A stretch of 64,000 nt of DNA. Origin: a bacterium. GTDB lineage: Bacteria; Zhuqueibacterota; Zhuqueibacteria; Residuimicrobiales; Krinioviventaceae. The number at the start of each line of letters is the position of its first letter. The stretch's first letter is position 1. The position numbers and the translations under genes were made by a program. Under the pieces are notes generated by a model. It was not told the origin of the DNA. It saw only the letters and a program-made list of their open reading frames with translations, and made no database searches. Of the stretch, positions 19,939 through 29,390 are shown in pieces. The stretch covers positions 2,240,001 to 2,304,000 of the forward strand of contig CAXXMD010000003.1 of the NCBI GenBank assembly GCA_963675755.2, read 5' to 3'.

Positions 19939-21072
19939 ATGGATCCTAAATCAATCGGACTTGTAGAAACCCAATATTATACCTTTGCGGAACCACCCAA
20001 CAAGATGAAGCTGGACAGTGGTGAGACCCTGGGTCCCATTACTATTGCGTACGAGACCTATGGTACGTTGAATGACCAGGGAACCAATGCTATACTTCTT
20101 ACCCATGCTTTATCCGGTGATTCTCATGTTGCGGGTTACCATTCAGAGGATGACCGCAAGCCGGGCTGGTGGGATTTTATGGTTGGCCCCGGACGTCCAT
20201 TTGACACGGAAAAGTATTTCATGATCTGTTCAAATGTCATTGGCGGGTGCAAGGGTTCAACAGGCCCTACATCAATTAACCCTGAAACCGGCAAACCGTA
20301 TAATCTCAATTTTCCGGTAGTGACCATTGGCGATATGGTGCGGGCGCAGCGTGAGCTGATTCGGCATCTTGGCGTCTCTAAGCTTTTAGCGGTTATTGGC
20401 GGATCTATGGGCGGTATGCAGGTGCTGGAATGGGCCATTAAATATCCGGATATGGTTTCGGCGGCCATTCCCATAGCAACCACAAGTCGGTTGAACGCGC
20501 AGGGTATTGCTTTTGATGAAGTGGGCAGACAGGCCATTTATGCTGATGCCAACTGGAAAAAAGGCGATTATTCTGAACATGATCTCATTCCCGCTGAAGG
20601 ATTGGGCGTAGCGCGCATGTTGGCACACATAACCTATCTCAGCGAAGAATCCATGCACGAGAAATTCGGTCGTCGCTTGCGTGAAAAAGAGCGCTATGGT
20701 TATGACTTTACAACAGATTTTGAGGTAGAAAGCTATTTGCGTTACCAGGGCGAGTCCTTTATCCGACGGTTTGATGCAAATACCTATCTCTATATTACCA
20801 AAGCCATCGATTATTACGACCTGAACCAGGAATTCGGGAGTCTGGAGAATGCGTTCAAGGGCGTAACGGCAAAATTTCTGGTCTTGTCTTTTTCATCGGA
20901 CTGGTTGTTCACTACCAAACAGGCCAAAGATATTGTACGCGCGCTCAAAGTGAACCAAAAACATGTATCTTTTTGTGAGATCCCGTCCCCCTATGGACAT
21001 GATGCTTTTTTGCTACCGAACCCGTTTATGGAAAAAATGATCTCCAGCTTTCTAAGTTATGCCAATGATTAA
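19939..21072 (+). CDS. metX: Homoserine O-acetyltransferase
   Basis: [24 protein letters not shown] (catalytic Ser), [20 protein letters not shown]. Confidence 0.96.
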   Translation: MDPKSIGLVETQYYTFAEPPNKMKLDSGETLGPITIAYETYGTLNDQGTNAILLTHALSGDSHVAGYHSEDDRKPGWWDFMVGPGRPFDTEKYFMICSNVIGGCKGSTGPTSINPETGKPYNLNFPVVTIGDMVRAQRELIRHLGVSKLLAVIGGSMGGMQVLEWAIKYPDMVSAAIPIATTSRLNAQGIAFDEVGRQAIYADANWKKGDYSEHDLIPAEGLGVARMLAHITYLSEESMHEKFGRRLREKERYGYDFTTDFEVESYLRYQGESFIRRFDANTYLYITKAIDYYDLNQEFGSLENAFKGVTAKFLVLSFSSDWLFTTKQAKDIVRALKVNQKHVSFCEIPSPYGHDAFLLPNPFMEKMISSFLSYAND

Positions 21073-21083
21073 GAGGGATTGAT

Positions 21084-21698
21084 TTGCCGAAACGATTGAT
21101 ACATATTCGTCCTGATTTACATCTGATCACCGAACTGGTCGATAACAACAGCCGGGTGCTTGATCTGGGCTGTGGAACCGGTGATTTGCTGCATCAACTG
21201 GTAACCGAAAGAAACGTGCTGGGGCACGGACTTGAGATTGATGTGGAAAATGTTACTGCCTGTGTGGAAAAGGGTGTACCGGTATTGCAGGGCGATCTGG
21301 ATGAAGGATTGGGCGAATATCTGGACCATTCGTTCGATTATGTGATCCTGTCGCAGACGATCCAGGCGGTCAAACGACCTAACGACATCCTCAGGGAAAT
21401 GCTGCGTGTAGGACAAACGGGTATTGTCAGCCTCATCAATTTTGCGTATTTCAAAGTGCGTTGGCAGTTGTTTTGGCAAGGTACAATGCCGAAAACCAAA
21501 ACATTACCGTACGAGTGGTACGACACTCCCAATATTCACCTCACCACCATCAAGGATTTCAAGGCTTTGTGCGAGAAGAATGATCTCAAGATTGTCAAAC
21601 AAATCAATCTGGGTCGTTCGCGCAAAGGTGGAGTGTTCTCTAATCTCTTTCCCAATTTATTTTCAGACCTTTCGATTTTTGTAATTCAGCATAAATAA
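21084..21698 (+). CDS. metW: Methionine biosynthesis protein MetW
   Basis: RVLDLGCGTG, SFDYVILSQTIQ, LPYEWYDTPNIH; directly follows metX; TTG start. Confidence 0.95.
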   Translation: MPKRLIHIRPDLHLITELVDNNSRVLDLGCGTGDLLHQLVTERNVLGHGLEIDVENVTACVEKGVPVLQGDLDEGLGEYLDHSFDYVILSQTIQAVKRPNDILREMLRVGQTGIVSLINFAYFKVRWQLFWQGTMPKTKTLPYEWYDTPNIHLTTIKDFKALCEKNDLKIVKQINLGRSRKGGVFSNLFPNLFSDLSIFVIQHK

Positions 21699-21700
21699 AA

Positions 21701-21900
21701 AAAGTTGTCAGTTATCAGTATTCAGTAGTCAGTTAGATGGCAAACGGCAGTCGTGAGTAGAACGAAATTCTTTTCGTTTGCCTGGCGTAGACGGATTTTT
21801 TTGTTATCCGAGATAATCCGTGTTGATTCGTGGTTAAATTTAATACCATAGCTTGAAAAGATTTTGATGAACCACTGAGACACAGGGCACACAGAGGGAA
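21701..21900. repeat. Mosaic of short intergenic repeats (7-mer tandem, GTAG-led palindrome, 9-mer-period motifs)
   Basis: TCAGTTA TCAGTAT TCAGTAG TCAGTTA (21708-35); reverse-complement copy of the 39-nt module at 21759-97; module 21870-99 matches 13010-38. Confidence 0.7.
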
Positions 21901-22018
21901 ACAAGACTTTGTAGTTGAATTCATTAAAATCTTGCTCAAGTCCCTTGCTTTAAAGTTAAAATGCAAAACATTTTACCGACTCTCACACCCAATAACACTG
22001 AGTGGGAGGAAACTCTCG

Positions 22019-24172
22019 TTATTCCTGAATCAACCCATGCGCCAATCCCACATAATACGCAAATAAATAGTGTATACCCTCTTGCAGGGATTTACCGTCG
22101 CCATCGCCGGTGAGCTTGTAAGGATCGTATCCCCAGCGAATGACATGTCTTTCGTCAATGGGAAAGACATAGCCGTCAACGCGATAGCCGGCGGTACCGG
22201 GATCGTGTCCCAGATGCGGTTTTAGCGGCACCATGTCGATGCGGTGGGCATTGGACATGGGCCAGTTGAGCAGATCGAGGGGATAGCGTTTTAGCGTATC
22301 GATTGCATCCAGCAAGCTCGATTCCGGTGGGGTGAGATCTGTGGTGCGCCACTGGTCCGTACGTTCTTTACCCATACAACATGCGGCATAGATAAAATTA
22401 GCCCAGGGAGATTTTTCATACTGTTCAACCTCCCAATGGCGGTGAATGGCCCACTGGTACATGTTGAGGAGTTTGGGATCGGTTTCATACCGCAGCAGGT
22501 GATAGTAATTCATAAACGCCATCTTGTCGTCATGCGATCCTTCCGTGCCCGCACCCACAATATCTCGGGGTTGGGTCATGCCGTTCATGGCATACCCTTC
22601 GTCCAGTGCGAGTTTGAGGTATTCCTTGCGGTACTTTTCATCACCGGTAATATGCCAGGTGACCAGCAAATAGTTTAACACACTGTTGCAGCGCAATCCG
22701 CGTTCAACCACCCATGAGGAATTCCGGTTCATATCATCGGGAGAAAAACGTCCCCATCGGGTTGGGGTACCGTCATAATCCACAAGATTATAACCATTAT
22801 TCAAAATATGGTCGGAGGTACGTCTGACTGCTTTTCGCACGGCATCTTTTTCCGCCTCGGTTTCACAGACATGATCGTAATATGCGCCATAACCCAGGAA
22901 ATGGCCATCCAGTTCATCAGCGCTGCTGTCATTTTTCCAATACCATTCCCCGGTTTTGTCGATGGGCCAGCGCGGCTGGATGATTTTCCACAAGGTATCT
23001 GCCTTGTGACGACGGATATCATAATTCAGATCAAAATCAGGATTCGGGTCTGGTCCCGATGTGGGCATGATCACCCTTGAAAAAAATCCTTCCGGGGGTT
23101 GGTGGCTGCCGCCCTGTGTAACCTCACTGAGGAAGGTAAGGGCCTTGAAGGCTTTGTGAGCGTGTTCTTTGTACTGCGGATCGTTCGTAACCGCATATGC
23201 CAGACTCACAGCTGCCAGATACGTGCCAATCCAGTGGCCGTCATTGTCCGTATATTTTGGGGTAGCCGTGCTCTTGTCCCCAGCGACCTCTAACCTGGCA
23301 GGATTAATATATCCAAACCGAGTACGTCGATGATATTTTTCCAGCTCGTTTTCAAAAAAAGCAGCCTTTTTTGCCAAACTCATGGGAGTGCTTGCAATGC
23401 ACGATACGCCTTTTGATGTTGCGATCCATGCATTACCGTTGGTATCAATGGTTATATCCAGTACATGATTATCCAGCAGCCAGCGTCGGCCCTGTCTGAA
23501 TGACCATTCTCCGTTTTGGTAACGGATTGCGCCATTGGTGGTTCCCATCCACACACTATTGGATCCAGCAGCCATACAGGTAAAATCGTTATAGGGCAGT
23601 CCCTCCTGACCAGTGAATAGTAGCCATTCGTCTTTTGAAATTCGATGTCCCACACCCTGGTGGGCGGCAAACCAGAGCTCGCCGTTTGCGTCATAGACAA
23701 CCGCACGTACATCCACCGGCGCCCAGCGGATATCGTTCTGACGAGGCATAGCCAGCTCCCAGCTATTGCTATTACCGATATAGAGACCAGCATCTGTTGC
23801 AACTGCAAATTCATTTTTATTTTGGGCAACATCCAGGATTTGTAATGCAACATCTGCCTGTTTTTGCAAGGCATCTGTCTGTTTGGGACTTAATTGGGCT
23901 TGGCTGGGGAGGTGTACATCCTCCTCTGACAGTGATTGCCAACGGTCCTCATTAAATACAGACCAACCCGCTTTTGTTTTTGCAAGTATTCGTCCCTGCC
24001 GATCTATAGAAATTTGCATAACGTGATTGCTTGGCAGTCCCTGTTTTGTTGTGTAGGGCTTTTGTATTTGCTGCTGGAATTCACCAACTTTTATGGGCAG
24101 CTCATAATCCGGTCCCTGGGCCGGAGCAATTGTTGCAAATAATAAAAAAAAGATCAATACTGTTGAACGCAT
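22019..24172 (-). CDS. Secreted protein: beta-propeller (Reg_prop-like) repeats plus C-terminal alpha-helical domain of unknown function
   Basis: Signal peptide; GLPSNHV, GLPYNDFT, VWMGTTNG, AWIATSKGVS repeats; C-terminal DNDGHWIGTYLAA and SSADELDGH. Confidence 0.75.
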   Translation of the reverse strand: MRSTVLIFFLLFATIAPAQGPDYELPIKVGEFQQQIQKPYTTKQGLPSNHVMQISIDRQGRILAKTKAGWSVFNEDRWQSLSEEDVHLPSQAQLSPKQTDALQKQADVALQILDVAQNKNEFAVATDAGLYIGNSNSWELAMPRQNDIRWAPVDVRAVVYDANGELWFAAHQGVGHRISKDEWLLFTGQEGLPYNDFTCMAAGSNSVWMGTTNGAIRYQNGEWSFRQGRRWLLDNHVLDITIDTNGNAWIATSKGVSCIASTPMSLAKKAAFFENELEKYHRRTRFGYINPARLEVAGDKSTATPKYTDNDGHWIGTYLAAVSLAYAVTNDPQYKEHAHKAFKALTFLSEVTQGGSHQPPEGFFSRVIMPTSGPDPNPDFDLNYDIRRHKADTLWKIIQPRWPIDKTGEWYWKNDSSADELDGHFLGYGAYYDHVCETEAEKDAVRKAVRRTSDHILNNGYNLVDYDGTPTRWGRFSPDDMNRNSSWVVERGLRCNSVLNYLLVTWHITGDEKYRKEYLKLALDEGYAMNGMTQPRDIVGAGTEGSHDDKMAFMNYYHLLRYETDPKLLNMYQWAIHRHWEVEQYEKSPWANFIYAACCMGKERTDQWRTTDLTPPESSLLDAIDTLKRYPLDLLNWPMSNAHRIDMVPLKPHLGHDPGTAGYRVDGYVFPIDERHVIRWGYDPYKLTGDGDGKSLQEGIHYLFAYYVGLAHGLIQE

Positions 24173-24366
24173 ATAGAGTCCCTTTCAGATGCAGTGAGCA
24201 TGAGAACATACTAATTAAAATAGACAAGATTTTCAAAAATGCCAAGGGTTTACAAATACAATTCAAAATTTTATGCGGAATACGCAGGATTGTTGATTGA
24301 ATTTGTTTATGAATGGATTTTATTTTTGACTTTTTCTCAATTCAAGCGTATCATATATAGATAGAA

Positions 24367-24936
24367 ATGAATACTAAAACCGGATTGAATTTGGACGAGT
24401 GCAGTCAATACATCCTTTTGGCCCGCAAGGGAGATATGCAGGCTTTTGCAAAACTGGTAAATATGCACCAGGAATTTGCGATGCATACTGCTATTCGTTA
24501 TGTGATGGACCACGAGTCCGCTCAGGATGTTGTGCAGGAAGCATTCATTCGTGTGTGGAAGCACTTGCACCGATTCAGGCTGGAAATGAAATTCAGCACC
24601 TGGCTCTATCGCATTGTGATTAATCTTTGCTATGATCGTTTGCGCAGGCAGCAGGTGAATATAACTATTGATGATTCTTTAAATGAGATATCGAATGATG
24701 ATCTGGAAAAAGACGTGGAAAATAGGGACAAGCTTCGGTTCATCAAACACATTGTGCAGACACTACCGGCAAAGCAGCGAATGGTTTTCCTCATGCGTGA
24801 TTTTGATGATCTTGAGATTGCTGAAATTGCAAAACTATTAAATATGCGTAATGGCACGGTAAAAAGTAATTTATATTATGCCCGTAAAAACATTCGGGAG
24901 CGTTTAACCGCAATAGGTATACATGATGAAGCATAA
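24367..24936 (+). CDS. ECF sigma-70 factor
   Basis: GDMQAFAKLV, AQDVVQEAFIRVW, FSTWLYRIVINLCYD, EIAKLLN, GTVKSNLYYARK. Confidence 0.93.
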   Translation: MNTKTGLNLDECSQYILLARKGDMQAFAKLVNMHQEFAMHTAIRYVMDHESAQDVVQEAFIRVWKHLHRFRLEMKFSTWLYRIVINLCYDRLRRQQVNITIDDSLNEISNDDLEKDVENRDKLRFIKHIVQTLPAKQRMVFLMRDFDDLEIAEIAKLLNMRNGTVKSNLYYARKNIRERLTAIGIHDEA

Positions 24937-25654
24937 TTGTAAAAAATATGAAAAATGGCTCTATCTCTACCGGGAAGGGGAATTAAAACATTCACAGGCG
25001 CAACAATTGGCCGAACACTTGAAATCTTGTGCTAAATGTGCACAAATTTCCCGGCAACTTGGAAACATGCAAAAAGACATGCTGAGTTGGAAAGAAACGT
25101 CGGATACAGATTCAATAAATACGGATATAACCGCTAATGTGATTGGCAGTATACGAATGACGGAAAAGGATTCGGGTTATCTCTCTGTCACCTATTGGGA
25201 CCGTGTATTAAATGTATTTGCAAAACCAGGTATACAGGCGGTATCTCTGGCGGTAATGATACTTTTTTGTTTGACGCTTGTGTTTCAGGAAACCTCGGTT
25301 ATGCTGCAAATATCTAATCTTGAAAAAAGAATGGCCTTGAATACTGCGGTTCGGAATCGTCCTGTAGATAGCCAGTCGCTTGATTTTTTAGTGAATAAAC
25401 CGGAACTGCTGACCGCATTTGGACAGCAGACCAACACAAATGAACAATATATTGTTATCGATAAAAGCACAATGGAGGTATGGATGCATAACTATATGCA
25501 AACCCGTCTCCAAAATGAAATACTGCTGCAGTTTTTGGAAAAGCAATATCCGGACCTCTATGCTTTGATGGCAAAAGACAGCCTGTCATTGTCCGAGTTG
25601 GACCAGGTATTGCGAAAGCACAAGGATATCCTTGCACGATTAAAACAATTGTAA
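24923..25654 (+). CDS. Zinc-finger (zf-HC2) membrane anti-sigma factor
   Basis: Overlaps the ECF gene; C..Y...LYLY..GEL and HLKSCAKC (HxxxCxxC); one TM helix. Confidence 0.85.
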   Translation: MMKHNCKKYEKWLYLYREGELKHSQAQQLAEHLKSCAKCAQISRQLGNMQKDMLSWKETSDTDSINTDITANVIGSIRMTEKDSGYLSVTYWDRVLNVFAKPGIQAVSLAVMILFCLTLVFQETSVMLQISNLEKRMALNTAVRNRPVDSQSLDFLVNKPELLTAFGQQTNTNEQYIVIDKSTMEVWMHNYMQTRLQNEILLQFLEKQYPDLYALMAKDSLSLSELDQVLRKHKDILARLKQL

Positions 25655-25669
25655 GGACAGGAGACCATT

Positions 25670-26698
25670 ATGAAGAAATTGGCGAGATTCATATTTATAA
25701 TTCTGATAGGAGTAATGTTGTTCACCGGCTGCGATGAAGTAGAGACCACCACAACAGTCCACAAAGACGGCTCGTGCACACGTTCGGTTGCGCTGGATTC
25801 ATCGGATGTTGAGGAAAGCCCGTATCCGTTACCGGTATCAGCAGGATGGGATATACAGTATACCCATAGTGAAAATAATCATATAATCTATAATGCAAAC
25901 CGTCATTTTAAATCGGTTGAGGAGCTGGCCCATGATCTTGAGAAATCAGCAGGAAACGGCAGCAGAATCTCTATAATCCCAAAGCTGGAAAAACGGTTTC
26001 GCTGGTTTTATACCTATTACCGATATTCTGAGGGTTATAACAACATTTCGTCCCGTTTTTCAATAGCAAAGGAAGAATATTTTACTCCGGAAGAGATTAA
26101 GCTATTGAGCATTTCATCTGATAGTGCAAAAACAGACAAGAAACTGGATGATAAATTTGAAGAATGGATCACCCGCAACTTTTTCGAGTCCTTTTATCAG
26201 CAGCTCAGGCAAGTGGTTGAGGGCTTGGGTGATCCAGACTTTTCGCCGGGATTACTGGAAAGCAAAAAAGAAGCGCTCTATCAGGTGTTTTATAAAGATG
26301 AACTGATCTCTCTGGATGACGAGCAAACTACACTTACAGATAAGGATATAGTAATCCTGAGTGAAACATTGGGTACAAGAGTTGTTTATCAAATCAGGAA
26401 TGAACTGGACCATATTATTGCCGGATTGATGAGAGAACTGGAATGGCTGGCTGCAGTACAGTTGACAGAGTTTAAACAGATCGTGTTGATGCCGGGTCTG
26501 ATTATCGATACCAATGCCAAAACCATAGAGGGCAGCAAGTTGACCTGGGATGTGGATAATGATGTGTTATTTTTCAAGGATTATGAAATGTGGGTAGAGT
26601 CACGTGTGGTGAACAGAGGAGTAATTGTGGCAACGCTTTTATTTATTCTAATTCTGGGTACTCTGTTAATTGTTTCTGTTAAAAGACAACGCATATAA
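25670..26698 (+). CDS. Lipoprotein of unknown function with C-terminal TM helix
   Basis: SD CAGGAG; lipobox LFTGC; TTTVHKDGSCTR, MPGLIIDTNA; C-terminal hydrophobic helix and basic tail. Confidence 0.8.
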   Translation: MKKLARFIFIILIGVMLFTGCDEVETTTTVHKDGSCTRSVALDSSDVEESPYPLPVSAGWDIQYTHSENNHIIYNANRHFKSVEELAHDLEKSAGNGSRISIIPKLEKRFRWFYTYYRYSEGYNNISSRFSIAKEEYFTPEEIKLLSISSDSAKTDKKLDDKFEEWITRNFFESFYQQLRQVVEGLGDPDFSPGLLESKKEALYQVFYKDELISLDDEQTTLTDKDIVILSETLGTRVVYQIRNELDHIIAGLMRELEWLAAVQLTEFKQIVLMPGLIIDTNAKTIEGSKLTWDVDNDVLFFKDYEMWVESRVVNRGVIVATLLFILILGTLLIVSVKRQRI

Positions 26699-26722
26699 AA
26701 AAAGCCGGTTTAGACCGGCTTT
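26697..26722. terminator. Hairpin terminator at a convergent gene junction
   Basis: AAAGCCGGT/ACCGGCTTT stem preceded by an A-run. Confidence 0.6.
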
Positions 26723-27045
26723 GTAATTTTTATATAGTAAACATCTTTATGGATATAAGCTTCTTTGTTATACTTGTCATCTTTGGAAGATTTTAATTTA
26801 GCCTTGTGAAGTCTGGCCGTCAAGCCTTTTTTTAAAGCATATTCAATCAAATCATCCGTATTGGTCATGGCCGCACAGGCAACGCCATTAGTTGAAGTGA
26901 GTGTTACAGATTTGGCACTATCCACATAACCTGCCTGTTTTAAAAACCAGTCTTTAATAATGGGGGTAGCCGCAACGGGTAAAATGATCTCTTCACCCTG
27001 ATCAAGTAATCGTTTTGCGTCTTTGGCCATGTACACGGTTTGCAT
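26710..27045 (-). CDS. Hypothetical protein (111 aa)
   Basis: SD TGGAG before the ATG; fills the gap between two genes; no recognised motif. Confidence 0.65.
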   Translation of the reverse strand: MQTVYMAKDAKRLLDQGEEIILPVAATPIIKDWFLKQAGYVDSAKSVTLTSTNGVACAAMTNTDDLIEYALKKGLTARLHKAKLKSSKDDKYNKEAYIHKDVYYIKITKPV

Positions 27046-27328
27046 AATGTATACTCCAAATTTTCATTACTATCTAGCTGAAAACTGTGATAAAAATATT
27101 GATCAAGTTTTTGCACGTTTCAGGTTTCAATTGTTCAATGGAATTTATATTCGAATAACGAATAATAGAAACAATTATACAAAAATAATATAATTAAATC
27201 AATAGAATTGTTATTTTTTGTGAATCTTCTGTTAGTGTATTTTATTTCTTTGTTTTGAACACTGTAAAAAAGATTTGACTAATAATGGCAAAACTCTTAT
27301 CTTTATTGAATTTGATAAAGAAAAGAGA

Positions 27329-28294
27329 ATGGAACTGGTTTTGAGTAGAGCGACCCCAATTTTATATTTACTGCGCAGGTTTGCACCATTTATGAGCCTG
27401 ATTGTGATGGCGGGAATACTTGCTATTGCCTCCCCTTATTTTTTAACTGTCGACAATTTATTTGCTATAGGTTTACAAATGGCTGTAATAGCCATTATGG
27501 CAATTGGTCAAATGTTGGTAATCATTTCTGCGGGAATTGATCTTTCCGTTGGTTCCATCCTTGCGCTTGCCGGTGTTGGCGCAACTATGTTACTGGCTGC
27601 CGGAATGCCTATCTGGCTGGCTGTAATATTGGGATTGCTGATTGGTGCGGCATGCGGTGCATTATCAGGAGCTTTGATAGCCTGGGGCCATATTCCACCA
27701 TTCATTGCAACGCTGGGTATGATGGGTATTGCGCGTGGCGCGGCATTGTTAATTACCGGTGGTGTAGCGGTTTTTGGAATACCTGAAGCTTTTGGCGTGT
27801 TTGGCAGCGGACGAGTTCTAGACGTCATTCCCGTACCGGTTATCTTTGTAGTGATTCTTGCTGTTATTTTTCATGTTATCCTAACCCGTACAGTTTTCGG
27901 ACGACATATTTTTGCTATTGGTGCCAATGCCGAAGCCGCACGTTTGTCCGGAGTGGGTGTGGGATTCAAACTGTTTGCTTTATATGTTATCAATGGTGTG
28001 CTTTGTGGTATTGCGGGAATTGTAATGGCATCCCGTTTGAATACCGGACAACCAACAGCCGCAACCGGATACGAGTTGGATGTGATTGCAGCCTGTGTGA
28101 TTGGCGGAGCAAGCTTGAGCGGTGGTGAGGGTACCATTATGGGCGCTATTATAGGCGCACTGATTATTGGAACGTTAAGAAATGGTTGTAACCTGTTAGA
28201 TATTTCTGCTTTTTGGCAGCAGATTGCTATTGGTACAATTATAATCATTGCCGTATTTAATGATCAAATTCGTAAACACAGACAGCTTGCCTAA
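27329..28294 (+). CDS. Monosaccharide ABC transporter permease (RbsC family)
   Basis: GIDLSVGS, IPPFIATLGM, GRHIFAIGAN.EAARLSG, GYELDVIAACVIGGASLSGG. Start position uncertain. Confidence 0.92.
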   Translation: MELVLSRATPILYLLRRFAPFMSLIVMAGILAIASPYFLTVDNLFAIGLQMAVIAIMAIGQMLVIISAGIDLSVGSILALAGVGATMLLAAGMPIWLAVILGLLIGAACGALSGALIAWGHIPPFIATLGMMGIARGAALLITGGVAVFGIPEAFGVFGSGRVLDVIPVPVIFVVILAVIFHVILTRTVFGRHIFAIGANAEAARLSGVGVGFKLFALYVINGVLCGIAGIVMASRLNTGQPTAATGYELDVIAACVIGGASLSGGEGTIMGAIIGALIIGTLRNGCNLLDISAFWQQIAIGTIIIIAVFNDQIRKHRQLA

Positions 28295-28336
28295 GTTGTC
28301 TATATTATATAGAATGTATGATCTAGAGGATGTAAT

Positions 28337-29284
28337 ATGAAAAAAGCGCTTATTGCAATTTTATTGCCCCTTTTATTTTTTACCTTTTGTGCTCCCAGAG
28401 AGCAATCTAATAAACCCAAGATTTTGGTGTCTCCTAAAGGTTTGGTGTTGTCATTTTGGACTTCTGTGCGTGAAGGCGCTATGCAGGCGGGTAAAGATTT
28501 TGATGTGGATATTGTATGGAAAGGCCCGTCTTTGGAAATCAACATTGCAGAACAAATCAGCATTGTTGAAGACAATATCAACAAACGTGTAGATGCAATA
28601 GTACTGGCCGCTTGTGATGCCACCGCTTTGGTACCTGTAGTTGAACGTGCCGATGCCGCAGGTATTCCGGTGGTTACCATTGATTCTGACCTCAATTCTG
28701 ATGTCAGAAAATCTTTTATTGCAACGGACAATGTGGCCGCATCTGAAAAAGCAGCAGATGTTTTGTACGAACTGATTGGCGGCAAGGGCGAAGTTGCTAT
28801 TCTTCCCATTATTCCCGGTTCATCAACAACGATTATGCGTGAAAAAGGATTTGATCAAGGCCTGGTAAAATATCCGGAAATGAAACTGGTAGCCAAGCAA
28901 TATTCTCATGCCGAAGTTGACCGCGCCATGGCTATAACCGAAGATATTGTAACCGCACATCAGAACCTGGCTGGTATTTTTGCCGCAAACGAATCTGCTA
29001 CTATTGGTTCTGCGCAGGCATTAAAGAGCCGCGGATTGGCCGGAAAGATCAAAATCGTTGGTTTTGATGCTGCTCCGAATGAAGTCCAGGTGCTGGAAGA
29101 GGGTGTTGTAGACGCATTGATCGTTCAGGATCCTTATAAAATGGGTTATATGGGTGTGAAAACTGCACTGGATCTTATAAACGGCAAAGAGGTTGAAAAA
29201 CGCATCGATACCGGTGTGTATGTGGTAACACGGGAGAACCTGCATTCGCCGGAGATACAAAAGCTGATCAATCCTACAAATTAA
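28337..29284 (+). CDS. Monosaccharide ABC transporter substrate-binding lipoprotein (RbsB family)
   Basis: Lipobox FTFC; GIPVVTIDS, FIATDN, GIFAANE, IVGFD, IVQDPYKMGY, IDTG. Confidence 0.93.
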   Translation: MKKALIAILLPLLFFTFCAPREQSNKPKILVSPKGLVLSFWTSVREGAMQAGKDFDVDIVWKGPSLEINIAEQISIVEDNINKRVDAIVLAACDATALVPVVERADAAGIPVVTIDSDLNSDVRKSFIATDNVAASEKAADVLYELIGGKGEVAILPIIPGSSTTIMREKGFDQGLVKYPEMKLVAKQYSHAEVDRAMAITEDIVTAHQNLAGIFAANESATIGSAQALKSRGLAGKIKIVGFDAAPNEVQVLEEGVVDALIVQDPYKMGYMGVKTALDLINGKEVEKRIDTGVYVVTRENLHSPEIQKLINPTN

Positions 29285-29289
29285 ATTTT

Positions 29290-29321
29290 AATGTCCCGAT
29301 ATTTCGGGACATTTTTGTTTT
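29290..29321 (+). terminator. Intrinsic terminator
   Basis: AATGTCCCGA/TCGGGACATT stem followed by TTTGTTTT. Confidence 0.7.
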
Positions 29322-29390
29322 AAACCTATGCATTCATACTGGATCGTTGTATATTCATAATATTGTACAATATTATAATGGGAGTGAATC

